The notes under the pieces were generated by a model. It had not been told where the DNA came from, did not search any database, and saw only the letters and a list, made by a program, of their open reading frames with translations. Positions 62,971 to 64,000 of a stretch of 64,000 nucleotides of DNA are shown in pieces; position 1 is the stretch's first letter; each line of letters starts with the position of its first letter. Source of the DNA: Tubiluchus corallicola (lineage: Eukaryota; Animalia; Priapulida); NCBI GenBank assembly GCA_030141605.1, contig JAQGDQ010000010.1, positions 1,505,729 to 1,569,728 of the forward strand, written 5' to 3'. Position numbers and translations under genes: made by a program.

Positions 62971-62988
62971 ATCCCGGACGAGCCCCCA
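62971..62988 (-). promoter_or_regulatory. Primer-binding site complementary to the tRNA-Pro 3' end
   Basis: Minus strand TGGGGGCTCGTCCGGGAT, the 18-nt tRNA-Pro PBS also used by MLV, 3 nt inside the 5' LTR. Confidence 0.93.
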
Positions 62989-62991
62989 AAA

Positions 62992-64000
62992 TGTAATGTG
63001 GTTTGCACTGTTTGGCATTATTATCGTTTTTGTTGTCTAGGGGAATGAATTGTGTGCACCACAAGTACATTAACCTCACTATGGTAATAGTGTAGGTGTG
63101 AAGTTTGGGTCCATTTCTGCATATGTGTACCAAATTGGATTACACTGAACCAGTGGAAGGAAAATGCAAATAATGAGAAATTAAGTTTAACCAGTTTATT
63201 TTCTAATCATAAATCAGATACAATAGTAGGAGTAAACACTCCAATACAAGTTGATGTCTTCAGCTTCATTATTCAGAGCAAACTTCAAATTGAATGTTGA
63301 AAATGGCACATTGTTAATTTAAAGTTACATCATTCTATTTCAGAATGCAGTGGGCTGTTCAATTTGTCAGAAAAATATCTGTACATCTTTGCCTCAATTT
63401 AGTCACAAGTTCATGTGACTATGGCAATTTGAGTTATTTCATCCTTCAACTTGGAAGTTTGAGTTTTAATTTCTCACCTTTATTTCAGGTTTGGTTTTCA
63501 CTGCTTTTATCTCACCAGGGTTTTTGTTTTTACTGCTTTTGTCACAGCAGGGCAAAAAGGCATTGATCTCGGCTAAAACACTTGTGTATACACTTGTTTT
63601 TATACACAAACGCGGTGCTCTGCGCATGCGCGTTACCAAGTGATGCCATACTGCATGTGAAATGAGGGTTTCGAGCAACTGCTACTTATTTTCATTGGCA
63701 TCTTCTTAATAAGCTATTAAATTGCTTATTTTACAGTTTACTTTGTCATCTGCTTTCTTCTAATTATTTTGCAGCTAACAAATAGTAACAATTGTTTAAG
63801 CTCTGCCAAAAATAATCTTCGGTAAATTAATTGGTTTACCGAGCATCCCAACGGCTCTCAATTGGCGTGATTCCTTGTTGCGCGCCCTCTATCGGCGGGT
63901 TGCAAAGTTAGATTTTGTAAACAAACATGTCCGCTTCCAGCGAAGACATTATTCATTGTAGCAAGGGTTAGGTGGGTTTTAAACAAGGCAAAAACACCAC
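62992..64000 (-). repeat. 5' LTR (appears to run ~1 nt past the window end)
   Basis: About 97% identical to 56819-57816; abuts the PBS through a TTT spacer. Confidence 0.95.

Larger units (their letters stand above)
56819..64000 (-). mobile_element. Ty3/Gypsy LTR retrotransposon, ~7.2 kb, defective pol
   Basis: Two ~1 kb direct LTRs (56819-57816; 62992 to window end) with TG...CA ends; PBS; PPT; gag-PR-RT-RNaseH-IN order. Confidence 0.97.

Noticed and set aside
56775-63678. Duplicated short ORFs within the LTRs
   Set aside because: They repeat only because the LTRs repeat; non-ATG starts, and one is broken by a stop in the other LTR.

Overview
AT-rich animal (most likely invertebrate) nuclear DNA with spliceosomal genes; no prokaryotic features. 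It contains three host genes. (1) An intronless HS2ST/UST-family Golgi 2-O-sulfotransferase (18503-19555, +). (2) A CREB1/CREM/ATF1-family gene (+) with a CRE-rich promoter and non-coding exon 1 ending at 22536, and six coding exons from 24810 to 30597 carrying the RRPSY KID, Q2 and bZIP. (3) A convergent minus-strand gene of about 11 exons (about 50690 to 32801) encoding two U1/matrin-type C2H2 zinc fingers and an Arg/Pro/Tyr/Asp-rich region, which I recall as CG7065/ZFR-like. The right end holds a 5'-truncated decayed LINE (about 54050-56400) and a Ty3/Gypsy LTR retrotransposon (56819 to the window end, minus strand). The retrotransposon has ~1 kb LTRs, an exact tRNA-Pro PBS, an intact gag with a Met-Gly/hydrophobic/basic N-terminus, a -1 frameshift site with pseudoknot, and a disabled pol lacking the integrase core. 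MITEs (one nested), a tandem SINE-like pair, LINE remnants and microsatellites fill the rest; 1-18 kb shows no convincing gene. I found no unambiguous new biological system; the best leads are in findings. All alignments and counts were done by eye.
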